Shown here piece after piece: positions 1 to 10,691 of a stretch of 64,000 bases of DNA. The notes under the pieces were generated by a model. The model had not been told where the DNA came from. It was given only the letters and a program-made list of their open reading frames with translations, and ran no database searches. Location of the stretch: NCBI GenBank assembly GCA_963826115.1, contig CAWGVS010000012.1, forward strand, positions 352,001-416,000. Reading direction: 5' to 3'. This stretch comes from an uncultured Candidatus Rokubacteria bacterium (GTDB lineage Bacteria; Methylomirabilota; Methylomirabilia; Rokubacteriales; DASRDR01). The position numbers were made by a program, and so were the translations under genes. Each line of letters begins with the position of its first letter. Positions within the stretch are counted from its first letter, which is position 1.

Positions 1-258
<258 letters not shown>

Positions 259-322
259 GCCACCCGCCCCCGGGCGGGCGCGCGCAGTACAATACGGACG
301 CGACCCGCTCTTTGACAGACTG

Positions 323-723
<401 letters not shown>

Positions 724-901
724 TTTTCTTGTAACGACTCACAGTTACGATGCACCACCTTACAGCGGCGATCGTGAGGGACAGAACGCCCCCGCACGAA
801 AGCGCGTACCATCAAGAACGCGTGGGGTGCCGACCAGGACCCGCCCTTTTGCATACGGATCGCCCGGCCTCGGCGCTGGCAGGGACGGGCGAGGTGACCC
901 A

Positions 902-1891
902 GTGATTGACCGCCGCGCCGTGGTTGCAGGCCTTGCCCTAGGGACCCTGATGGCGCCCGGCGCTGCCCGTACCCAGCCCGCGCGCAAGATCTACCGCATC
1001 GGGATCCTCGGCAATTTCGAGGTGTCTGACGCGGCCGGGCCCCAGCCACGGAACCCTTCCACCAGCGCGTTCCTGCGCGGCTTGCGTGAGCTCGGTTACG
1101 TGTACGGCGAGCATTTCGTGACCGAGCCTCGCGGGAGCGGGGGCAATCCCTCGCGCTTCGCCGGCCTCGCCGCCGAGTTGGTCCGTCTGCAGGTAGACGT
1201 GATCGTTTCGGGCCCCGCGCTCCCTGCGCTGAAGCAGGCCACCTCGACGATCCCCATCGTCATGGCGGCGGCCGGCGACCCAGTGGGCTCGGGGTATATC
1301 CACAGCCTCGGACATCCGGGCAGGAACTTCACGGGGTTGAGCCTTCAGTCGGTAGAGACGACCGCGAAGCGTCTCGAGGTGGTCAAGCAGCTCGTCCCAG
1401 GTGTCGCGCCCGTGGCGTTCATCTGGGAGCCGAGCAGCTTCTTGTACTGGCAGGCGGCCGAAGCCGCCGCCCAGGGGCGGGGGTGGAAGCTCGTGTCGCT
1501 CGAGATTCGAGACGCTGGCGCGATCGAGGAAGCATTCAAGGCGGCCACTGACGCCCGTGCGGGCACGCTCGTCGTGAGTGGCGCTGGGGTCCTCTTCCCC
1601 CAAGCCCGGCGAGTCGCGGAGCTCGCCGCCAAGCACCAGCTCCCTGCCATGTATGAGCTCCGGGCGTATGTCGAGGCCGGGGGCCTGATCTCCTATGGCC
1701 CCGACATCATCGACATTTGGCGCCGCGCGGCCGGCTATGTAGACAAGATAATAAGGGGCGCCAGGCCTGCCGACCTGCCGGTCGAGCAGCCGACAAAGTT
1801 CGAACTGCTGATAAACCTGAAGGCGGCGAAAGCGCTCGGCCTCACGATCCCGCCCTCGGTGCTGGCGCGGGCGGACGAGGTCATCCAGTAG
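902..1891 (+). CDS. ABC transporter substrate-binding protein (PF04392 ABC_sub_bind type)
   Basis: RR-containing signal peptide, GLRELGY, TIPIVM, DPVGSG, GGLISYG and LPVEQPTKFELLINLK motifs; GTG at 902. Confidence 0.9.
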   Translation: MIDRRAVVAGLALGTLMAPGAARTQPARKIYRIGILGNFEVSDAAGPQPRNPSTSAFLRGLRELGYVYGEHFVTEPRGSGGNPSRFAGLAAELVRLQVDVIVSGPALPALKQATSTIPIVMAAAGDPVGSGYIHSLGHPGRNFTGLSLQSVETTAKRLEVVKQLVPGVAPVAFIWEPSSFLYWQAAEAAAQGRGWKLVSLEIRDAGAIEEAFKAATDARAGTLVVSGAGVLFPQARRVAELAAKHQLPAMYELRAYVEAGGLISYGPDIIDIWRRAAGYVDKIIRGARPADLPVEQPTKFELLINLKAAKALGLTIPPSVLARADEVIQ

Positions 1892-2862
1892 TGGACCGGC
1901 GAGTCTTTCTCGGCACGGTTAGCCTTAGCTTCTTCGTCGCGCCGCTCGTCCCAGACGCGCAGCCGACGGGAAGGAATCCCCGCATCGGCATCCTTCGCCC
2001 TGGCTCGCCGCCCGATCCCCTTCTTGACGCGTTCCGGCAGGGCCTTCGCGAGCTCGGCTACGAAGAGGGGCGCAACATCAGCATCGAATACCGATGGGCG
2101 GAGGGACGGGACGAACGGCTCCCGGGCCTGGCCGCCGACCTTGTTCGCCTCAAGGTGGACGTCATTGTCGCGGGCGCAGGGGCCGTGGAGGCGGCCAAGC
2201 ACGCCACCACCACGATTCCCATCGTCATGCCGGTCTCCGGCGACCCCGTGAGGGCCGGCCTCGTCGCGAGCCTCGCGCGTCCCGGTGGAAACATCACGGG
2301 GTTGACGTCTCTCTCTGGCGAGTTGCCCGGCAAGTGGATGGAACTCCTGAAGGAGATCCTCCCTCGGGTCTCTCTTCTCGCCGTCCTCTGGGATCCCGCG
2401 AGCGATCCGAGCCAAGTGAAAACCTCGGAGATCGCGGCTCGGTCTCTGGGCGTGCGCCTTCACGTGCTGAAGGTGGGTCGCGGAGGCGACTTCGAGCCCG
2501 CGTTGGCCGACGCGAGGAACCATGACGCGGGGGCGCTCATCGTCTTGGGCTCGCCATTCTTCTATGTGCACAGAACCCGCCTCGTCGAACTCGCGGCCAA
2601 GCGGCGGCTGCCGACAATCTATGCTCAGCGGGAGTTCGTCGTGGGTTCCGGCGGCCTCATGTCCTATGGAACCGACTTCCATCATCAGTTCCGGCGGGCC
2701 GCCACCTACGTAGACAAGATCCTGAAGGGCGCCAAGCCCGCGGACCTGCCAGTGGAGCAGCCCACGAAGTTCGAGATGGTGATCAACCTGAAGACCGCGA
2801 AGGCGCTCGGCCTCACGATCCCGCCCTCGGTGCTGGCGCGGGCGGATGAGGTGATCCAATGA
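1891..2862 (+). CDS. ABC transporter substrate-binding protein (PF04392 type), second tandem copy
   Basis: Same motifs; GTG start overlaps the previous TAG. Confidence 0.9.
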   Translation: MDRRVFLGTVSLSFFVAPLVPDAQPTGRNPRIGILRPGSPPDPLLDAFRQGLRELGYEEGRNISIEYRWAEGRDERLPGLAADLVRLKVDVIVAGAGAVEAAKHATTTIPIVMPVSGDPVRAGLVASLARPGGNITGLTSLSGELPGKWMELLKEILPRVSLLAVLWDPASDPSQVKTSEIAARSLGVRLHVLKVGRGGDFEPALADARNHDAGALIVLGSPFFYVHRTRLVELAAKRRLPTIYAQREFVVGSGGLMSYGTDFHHQFRRAATYVDKILKGAKPADLPVEQPTKFEMVINLKTAKALGLTIPPSVLARADEVIQ

Positions 2863-3138
2863 TAGGCCGGCGAGCCTGGCTGGCCGGCTCCCTCGGCCTG
2901 TTCGCTGCGGCACCCCGCGTCCAAGCGCAGACGGGTAACATCTACCGGATCGGGTATCTGACGGTCAACCCGGTGAACGCGCAGAACTCGTCCTCGAACC
3001 CCGGACGATTCCTCCGAGGGCTGCGTGAGCTCGGTTACATTGAGGGTCGCGACATCGTGGTCGAATACCGCAATGCTGGCGGCCGCCCCGAGCAACTCTT
3101 CGACCGGGCGTCGGAGCTCGTTCGGCTCAACGTCGATG
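2859..3138 (+). pseudogene. Third PF04392 substrate-binding protein, truncated
   Basis: ATGA overlap; homology (IGYL...GLRELGYIEGRDIVVEYR...ELVRLNVD) stops abruptly at about 3138 next to the IS21. Confidence 0.82.
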
Positions 3139-3333
3139 CGCTGCCTGGGCCGACGGCTCCGTCCATCGCGCCGCTCATTCTAGCCAGGTCCCGCCCTCCG
3201 GCGCCAGGGCCGCCGAGCCTGATGGCCAGAGGCATGCACAGGCGGAAAGGCCGGCGCTCCGATCCCAGTTTCAGGGCATCCGATGCGAGTCGCCCGGAGA
3301 CCCGGCGACGCTGGCGGACGAGCCTCGGGCGGG

Positions 3334-4088
3334 TCAGCCGTCGCTCCGCTCGGTCTGGAGCCGAGGTCCGCCAGCTCCGCGGGCCGCACGTGAGGACGTG
3401 CGCGTGGTGGAGCAGGCGGTCGAGCAAGGCGGCGACGGCGGCGGTGTCGCCGAGGAGCTTGCCCCAGTCCTCGACGGGACGGTTCGAGGTGAGGAGCGTG
3501 CGACGCGCGTTCGTAGCGGCGCATGATGATCTCGAGGAGGTCCTCGGCGGCGGTCTGGGGCAGCTTCCGCATCCCGAGGTCGTCGATGATGAGCAGCGGC
3601 ACCGTGGTGACGTGGGTCGAGGTAGGCCTTGCGGGTGCCGTCGAGCTGGGCGTCGGCGAGCTCGTCGAGGAGGACGTGGGCCTCGCGGTAGAGGACGCGG
3701 TGGCCCTGCTGGATGACGGCGAGGCCGATCGCCTGGGCGAGGTGGCTCTTGCCGGTGCCGGGGCGGCCGAGGAAGAGCGCGTCCTCGCGCTGGGCGATGA
3801 AGCGGCCGGTGGCGAGCTCGAAGACGAGGGCCCGGTTCATCTTCTTGTTGAAGTCGAAGTCGAAGGTGTCGAGGGTCTTGCCGGCGTCGCGGAAGCCGGC
3901 GTGCTTGAGGCGGCGCTCGAGCAGCCGATCCTGGCGCTGGAGCAGCTCGTCCTGGACGAGGGTGGAGAGGAAGTCGATCGGGGCCAGCTTCTCGGCCTGG
4001 GCCTGGAGGAGCCGGGCTTCGAGCCCGGCGGCCATGCCCGGAGCAGCGGAGCTGGCGCAGGGCGCGCTGCAGTTCGACGAGCGTTCAT
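3334..4088 (-). pseudogene. istB: IS21 helper ATPase IstB, frameshifted
   Basis: KTLDTFDFDFN, Walker A GRPGTGKSH, LLIIDDLG and LDRLLHHAH spread over several frames. Confidence 0.85.
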
Positions 4089-5686
4089 GAGGGGACCTCC
4101 TGGGTCTTCTGCGCGATCACGGTCGCGGTAGTGGGTGAGCTCGCGGATGAGCGGATCGACCTGGCGCAGCGTGAGCGGCGCCGCGGGGCGGCGCTCGAGG
4201 TAGCGGCGGACGAAGCGGTAGGTGGCGACGCCGCACTCCAGGGCCGCCGCGCAGGCGTCGTCGACGACGGCGGGGCCGTACTTCTTGACGAGGGCGAGGA
4301 CGCCGAGGATCCGTCGGACGCCGGGCTGCGCCGTCGCGGCGGTGGATCGCGTCGCACAGCGCGCCCGACGCCGGGCGCCGGCGCGAGTGGCGCGCGGCGA
4401 GCAGCTGCGACCGTGGTCGGCGGCGTCCGCGGCGGCTGATCCGTCGCTGGGATGGCATAGCGGCCCCGGCCGCTGGCGCACGATGCTCGCGGAGCAGCTG
4501 GCCGGTGCGCGGATCGAGCAGCCGCACCTGGCGGCCGTCCCACTGGACGGCGACCTCGCGGCCGATCCAGCCGGGCGGGGCGGCGTAGTAGGCGCCGTCG
4601 ACTTCGACGCAGCCGTCGAGGTGCACCGTGCGGGTGCCGTACCGGTAGTAGCGGAAGGGCTCGACGGGCAGCGGCAGCAGGTGCGGCCGCTCCTCGGCGA
4701 ACATGGCGGCGACCTGGCGCTTGGTGGTGCCGTGGATGCGCGTGTCGGCCCAGCGGGTCTCCCAGCGATCGAGGTAGCGCCTGGGCCTCCTCCAAGCGTC
4801 TCGAAGCGCAGGCCCTTGAGCGGCGTGGCCTGGGCGTGGCCGACGGCCGACTCGACCTTGCCCTTGCGATCGGGATCGCGGACGCGACACGGCAGGGCGA
4901 CGACGCCGTAGTGCGCGAGCACGTCGCGGTAGAGCGGGTTCAGCGCCGGATCGTAGACGTCCGGCGTGAGCACGCCCTCGCGTGAGGTTGTCGAGGACGA
5001 CGACCCGGACCGCCCCGCCGAGCCGGCGGAACGCTCTCCTCGTGCAGCTCGGCCCAGCGCCGGGCGCTCGACTCGAAGGTCAGCAGCCGGACGCTCTTAC
5101 GGCTGTAGCCCAGGGTGAAGACGAACAGCCGCGTGCGGCGGTACTTCCCGGTGCGTCGGATGCCGCACCATCGGCCCCGTCGCCGTAGTCGACCTGGCCT
5201 TCCTCGCCCGGGCGCGGTCACGATGACGGGATGCGCCTCGGGGGCCGCTGAGCCGCGGAGCTTGCGCGACGAAGCGCCGCACGCTGGCGTACCGCCCGGG
5301 GAAGCCGTGGTCGATCGACGAGGTCCTGCCAGATCGCCATGGCGTTGCGGCCCCGGGCGAGGGCCGGCTCGATCAGCTCCCGGTAGGGCTCGCAGGCGCT
5401 GGCCGTCGGGCGCCCGGCTCGGCGCGGCGGGCGGCCAGGGCGGCAGCGGGTTGCCAGACTGGCCGGACGGGCCGCCGAAGTCGGTGGACACCTGACTGGC
5501 CGGATTTGGCGCCGGCGGCCGGCGCCGGACGCGGCGAGCGCGGACCGGGATCCCGGCCGCCTTCAGGTACGCACTGGCCGTCTCGCGCCGCACGCCCGTC
5601 GCCGCTTCGATGCGGCGGAGCGGCCAGCCGAGCCGGCCCAGCGCCAGGACTTGCTGCTGCTTGTCGTCGCCCAAGATGTTCGCCAT
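4085..5686 (-). pseudogene. istA: IS21 transposase IstA, frameshifted
   Basis: N-terminal HTH (RRIEAATGVRRETASAY), LFVFTLGYSRKS, PCRVRDPDRKGKVES and RTVHLDGCVEV in different frames. Confidence 0.85.
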
Positions 5687-5858
5687 GTCGGCGGGGAGAC
5701 CACAGTCCCCTCGCCGCCGTCAACGTCTTGGGGCGCCGCTACCTCACTGGCCGGTTTTCAGGTGTCCACGACTGGCCGGTTTTGGGTGTCCACCGAGGTT
5801 TCTTTGTTTCCGAGGGCTTAGGCGGCAGTTCATAACCCTTGGACGCTCCTATCTCCAC

Positions 5859-7097
5859 TCACGCTCTCGCGGCGATGTGCTCGGCCAGATGGGTGGCGTC
5901 CTCCTCGAGGCCGTATAAGAAGGACGACTTCCGCTTGTACAGCCACTGGAGGCCAAGGAAGGAGAGGCCGGGGATCGCGGTGATACCCCGGCGGTGCGCG
6001 GGCTCGCCTCGTTCGTCGAAGATCGGCAAGTCGATCCACCGGAAGTCGGACCGGAATCCGGTCGCCCAGATGACGGCGCCGATCCCGGCCCCACGGAGAT
6101 CCAGCTCTCGAATCCCCCCTGAGGCAATCGGTGGGGACAGTTCGGGATCGCGCGGCGGCTCCTGGGGTGCATCGATCCCCGTCTTCCGGATGTACTCGTC
6201 GAAGACCTTCAGGAGACCCGTGAGCGCCTCGTCCCCGTTCGCCAGGCTCTCCTCGAGATCTGCCGCCAGGAAGAGTTTCCCGTCCCCGTAGCCCTGCAGG
6301 TGGCCGAGCAGGACGACTCCCTCGCGGGCGTACCGGCGAAGGTCGATGTCGTGGCCCCCGTTCACGCCGGTCCACAGAAGACCAGGCCTCCGCCTGGCCT
6401 CGGGAGACGGCAGACTATCGACGGTCGTCTCCATCACTGCCGGGTATCCCCAGGTCGAACTGTCACGCCCCCGATAGCGGCGCACCATCCGACGGTGGCG
6501 CCCCACGGACAGATACACGCGACGGCCGACCGCCTGGAGATCCTCAACGATCTGACAACCGGAGGTCGCGGATCCCACGACGAGGACGGAGCCGGGCGGG
6601 AGTTGGGCCGGGTTCGTATATCGGTTGGATGCAACCTGGACGACCTCGGGCGGGAATGACGCCGCGAACGGTGGGATGACCGGCTCCTGGAAGGGGCCGG
6701 TCGCGACGACGACGTTCAGGGCCTCGAGCGTGGCGTCGTCGCTTTCGACCACGAGCCGCTCCGTTCCCGGTTTCGCCCGCAGCGCCGTGACGCGCACGCC
6801 GCAGCGGAGCGGCGCCCGGATGGCCGACGCGTAGCCATTAAGGAACCGCACGACCTCGTCGCGCGTGGCGAAGGCGTCTGGATCTCCCGGGAAGGCGTGG
6901 CCCGGCATGGGCGCCGTCCAGTTTGGCGCGAGGAGCGTCAGGGAGTCCCAGCGCTCACTCCGCCAGCGCTCGGCGACGCGTCCGCGCTCCAGCACGACGT
7001 GTTCGCGGCCGAGCTGGCCAAGGTAGTAGCTCAACGCGAGCCCTGCCTGGCCCCCGCCGACTATGACGGTCTCAATGGACTCACGATGCGCGCTCAC
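5859..7097 (-). CDS. Flavin-dependent oxidoreductase / FMO-like pyridine nucleotide-disulfide oxidoreductase
   Basis: GGGQAG FAD motif, RWDSLTL, VVATG, VLVVGSATSG and VIWATGF; likely GTG at 7097. Confidence 0.85.
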   Translation of the reverse strand: MSAHRESIETVIVGGGQAGLALSYYLGQLGREHVVLERGRVAERWRSERWDSLTLLAPNWTAPMPGHAFPGDPDAFATRDEVVRFLNGYASAIRAPLRCGVRVTALRAKPGTERLVVESDDATLEALNVVVATGPFQEPVIPPFAASFPPEVVQVASNRYTNPAQLPPGSVLVVGSATSGCQIVEDLQAVGRRVYLSVGRHRRMVRRYRGRDSSTWGYPAVMETTVDSLPSPEARRRPGLLWTGVNGGHDIDLRRYAREGVVLLGHLQGYGDGKLFLAADLEESLANGDEALTGLLKVFDEYIRKTGIDAPQEPPRDPELSPPIASGGIRELDLRGAGIGAVIWATGFRSDFRWIDLPIFDERGEPAHRRGITAIPGLSFLGLQWLYKRKSSFLYGLEEDATHLAEHIAARA

Positions 7098-7227
7098 CGG
7101 ATCTTCCGCGTCCGATCCCCCACGATAGAGGTGACTACTCCCAGTGACTCCGCAATCGGAGCACCCCGGCGCCGGTCTGGGCGTCGACGACCTTCGTGTA
7201 GGCCGCCATCGTCCTAGGTCAGCGCCT

Positions 7228-8012
7228 TCAGCCTTCGAGCACGACCTCGTCGCTGATGTGGATGTCGCCCGCGCCTTCCGCGCTAAACCAACGGCCAGCG
7301 TCGGTTTCTCCTGACCAAACGCGTGGGTCAGCGTCGTCAAGATCGACCGGTCACGCTGCCCCGTCTCTGGGTTCGCGTGCGGCGCGAGGCAGCGGCCGAT
7401 GGACGTATGCACACGGAACCGCATCGAGCCAACGCGGACCGTCTTGCCGATCCAGCCTTGCTCCTCAAACGGCTCGAGACCGTCAACCGAAACGTTGGAG
7501 CGAAATCTCAACTCGCTGAGATTTGGATCGTCCAACGCCTTGCCCAACGCCCGCACACTGGCCCGGCCGTGAATCGTGACGTAACCGTCCGGCCGGTCCT
7601 GATAGCGCGGTGTGCGTCCATCGCCGACCAAACGGAGGGGCAGGCGCTCCGGGTGGCCCTTCAGGCCGCTCTCCGGCAAGTCCTTGGCGAAGTTGGCGAC
7701 GGCACCGCAGATCCGCCCACGTCCCGCTGCGTCGAGCCCGTCTTCGATCAACCGCTCACCGTCCAGGCTGATCTCTAGCCGCTGAGTTGCCTCGTCGTAG
7801 CTGAGGCGCAGGCGGGCCAGACCGGGCGTATGCATCAACACCAGCATGCCGTGCTTGCGACTCCAGGCCTCGTCCGGCTCCGGTGTATTGGCGAAGCGAA
7901 ATCCCAGCACCCGGTCACCCGCGATCCGTCCGTCGACGACAGTCAGCGACTCGCGGCGCTCTGGTGTGAAGCCCTTAACGGGGTAGCGGTACAGCGCAGC
8001 GACGGTAGCCAT
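7228..8012 (-). pseudogene. MOSC domain protein with a frameshift near its 3' end
   Basis: LYRYPVKG, GDR, LRFRSNV and GRCLA motifs; the expected ending EGAGDIHISDEVVLEG* lies in another frame (TGA at 7228-7230). Confidence 0.75.
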
Positions 8013-8256
8013 GCGCCGAGTCTAACCTCAGTCAAGCCGGCACGGGCGCTCCGTCTGAGCGCGCTCCGGTATCGCGTCTGCGGCACCGCCGCGCTTCCAG
8101 ATCACTCGGCCCAAGGGGTAGTCCGTCTACCGGAACTCGAGCAGGGTGCCGATCAGGTTATGGGCGCTCCAGATGGTTCTAGGCTCGACATCTCCCGCCC
8201 GGACGCCCTGCGAGATAAGGCAGATTCGGCGAGTAGTTAGCCGGCTCCGTGACGAT

Positions 8257-8290
8257 ACCCGGCTTACAGGCTCCCTCTGGCGCTTTTCTT
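8257..8290 (+). repeat. rnpB 3'-end direct repeat, copy 2
   Basis: 34/34 identical to 697-730; preceded by CGAT instead of the rnpB sequence CAGG. Confidence 0.92.
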
Positions 8291-8494
8291 TACTGGACGG
8301 ACCGTTACGACGCAGCGGCTTACAGGATCACAAGGGCGTACGAAAGTCCTGCACAAGCGCGTGGTACACGCCGTGGGTTCGCCACGCCCCTAGGCTCCGG
8401 CGGAGCGGTCGACAGCGCCTGGGCCGCAGCCTCCAGCGTGGGAATCGCACGTCGCATCTCCGGTTCTCGCGGGCGCCCGCGGCGCCGCGTGCAT

Positions 8495-9313
8495 CTACGG
8501 GACCGATTTCCGCCCCCAGACCTGGAGGAAGAGCGAGGAGACCACGAGCGTGCCCGGGTCGTCCAGGTGACTCCGCAGCGCGGCGGTCAGGTCGCTCAGC
8601 TCGGATTCGCTCGCGAGCCCGTCCTCGACGATTCGCGCACGCGCGTTCTCGACGAAGTCGAGGACGAGACGGCGCCGGTCGTGACCAGGCGGATAGACGT
8701 GCACCAGCGGCACCACTTCGATTTGCGTGACACCCGCCGCTCGCAACATGCGCGGCGCTCGGAGACCGAGGTTGCGGTCGATGCCCTGCCGCGCCGACGC
8801 CGACGCGAGTATCTCGACCAGCCGGTCCTGCGCCGGGTGGGGCGGATCCACGCGCTGGGTGGAGGCGACGGCCTCGTGCAAGGCCACCACCCCGCCAGGC
8901 CGGGTGAGCCGCGCCATCTCGTCGACGATCTGCTAGGGCTCCGGCACGTTCACGAGCACCAGGCGCGCCGTGGCGAGATCGAAGCTGTCGACCGGAAGAC
9001 CGGTCGCGCGGCCATCGCCGCACCACACCTCGACGTTCGCGAGTCCGTTCGCCGCGAGAAATCGGCGCGCCGAGTCGACCTGCTCCGCGTTGCGCTCGAT
9101 ACCCGTGACTCGGCCGGCCGCCCCGACGCGCTCGGCCAGTAATCCGAGACAGCCCTCGGGCCCGCAGCCGATCTCGACCACACGCCAGCCGGCCGTCACG
9201 CCGATCCGGTCGAACAGCGCCGCCGACTCGGCGGCAAGCTCCCGCGCCTGCCGCTCGAGCCGCTCCTGCTCGGCGCGCCGGTAGCCCAGGAAGTACGGAT
9301 CGGGCTCGCTCAT
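8495..9313 (-). pseudogene. Class I SAM-dependent methyltransferase with an in-frame TAG
   Basis: EQERLERQA, VEIGCGPEG, FDLATARLVL...EP*QIVDEMARLTRPGG; TAG at 8933-8935 is in frame with both halves. Confidence 0.82.
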
Positions 9314-9485
9314 CGAGCGTGGCCCCGGCTCAGAGCTTCCCCTCGCCCATGAGCTCGGCCGGATCGCGCAGCCCGCCCTTGCCGAGATAGCCGCCCACGC
9401 TCGCGATCGCGCTTCACGCAACCGCAGCGGCGAACTGCTCGAACAGGTCGCCCGGCAACGAGCGCTCGAGGCGCCCGGTGAAAGG

Positions 9486-9734
9486 TTACTGGTAGATGTT
9501 CAACGCCTTGAGGATGACGATCAGCACCACGGCGCCGAGAATGCTGACGACCCAGGCGCCTTTGGAACCCACCGCCACGATCCCAAGCCGTCCCGCCAGC
9601 CAGAAGCCGAGCACGGAGCCGATGATCCCGACGATGATGTTGGCGATGACGCCCATCTGGGCGCCGGTCTTCATGACGAGGCTGGCCAGCCATCCGATCA
9701 CTCCTCCGATAATCAGGGTCACGATGAGGCCCAT
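9486..9734 (-). CDS. GlsB/YeaQ/YmgE family stress-response membrane protein
   Basis: 82 aa Gly-rich hydrophobic protein (IIGGVIGWLAS...NIIVGIIGS); GGAGGGA RBS. Confidence 0.88.
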   Translation of the reverse strand: MGLIVTLIIGGVIGWLASLVMKTGAQMGVIANIIVGIIGSVLGFWLAGRLGIVAVGSKGAWVVSILGAVVLIVILKALNIYQ

Positions 9735-10691
9735 AGTCCCTCCCTCCGGAGACCGGGTCGTTCGAACGAGGAGTTGACGGTCAATCCTAGCTCAATTCCG
9801 CCCGGTTGCGTGGCCCGCCCGCGCGTCAGCTCGATCAGCGCCGTCACTTCGGCCACCCCGGACATCCACACGCCGTTCGCTTCCGTTCCCGCGCACGACC
9901 TATTCCCGGAACCGTTACCGGCCCGGCGCGAGAGTGAGCGCAACGTGAGAGGCAAGCGGTTCGCCTCTCGCGTGACCAACGCGAGACTTCTCCGGCAGCC
10001 CTTGCGAGAAGCATGCGCCGGTCAGTAGGCCAGGAGGCGCAAGGCCGCGTCACACATGCGGTCCACGGCCTGTCGCCGTGACTCGGACTTTCACGACCGC
10101 GAGCCGCGGGCCGATCAATCGAGCATCCATGGGAGCCGCAGGACGGCGCTGGATCCGTGGCGTAGGCATGGAATCGGTGCGGAAGGCCATCGGGCACGTT
10201 GGCCGCCGAGCTGAGGAGGGCCAGCGCATCTCTCACCCCACGGGATAGCTCCTCCTCGAAGCTCCGGGGCCCGTGCCCCTCACGTCCGATCCCCTCAGCT
10301 CCACTAACCTAGGCAACGGCACAGCCGGACCGACTGCAAGGTCGCCTGCCGTGTTGCCCTTTGATCTGGATCCCCTCCGAGAGGAACCGCCCGAAGGGGC
10401 CAGTCTGCATCTCGCGGGCACGCCTCCCTTTTGTCGACCCCTATCGCCGGGCCGTTGGGCGGGGTAGCGTCGGTGTCATACGGTGGTGGCTCGCGGAGCG
10501 CCACCCGGAACGGGAACCGGGGGCTGGAGGGTGTGTTTCTATTTCCTGGATCCTCCGCGGAGGTCCGTTCGAATGAGACCATCATGGGTACGAGGCCGCC
10601 CAGCGTCTCGGTCGCAACGACCGCCCCGCATGACACACGGCCCGGCGACACGGTCCTGGCAGGTGCGTCGACATTGGGCGTTGCTGGAGGC

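Larger units (their letters stand above)
3250..5798 (-). mobile_element. IS21-family insertion sequence (degenerate/frameshifted)
   Basis: istA-istB pair; two tandem terminal repeats ACTGGCCGGTTTT(CA/G)GGTGTCCAC at 5746-5769 and 5771-5793; the end near 3250 is approximate. Confidence 0.85.

Noticed and set aside
5859-8012. A single 717-aa protein
   Set aside because: Better explained as two genes joined by a frameshift, since the MOSC C-terminus and stop lie in another frame.
8933-8935. Pyrrolysine or recoded TAG
   Set aside because: TAG is a normal stop for many genes here, the enzyme is not a methylamine methyltransferase, and no pyl genes are seen.
10270-10430. SAM-I or c-di-GMP riboswitch (GACTGGCCC and GGGCAAC seen on the minus strand)
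   Set aside because: The other conserved elements and their spacing are missing.
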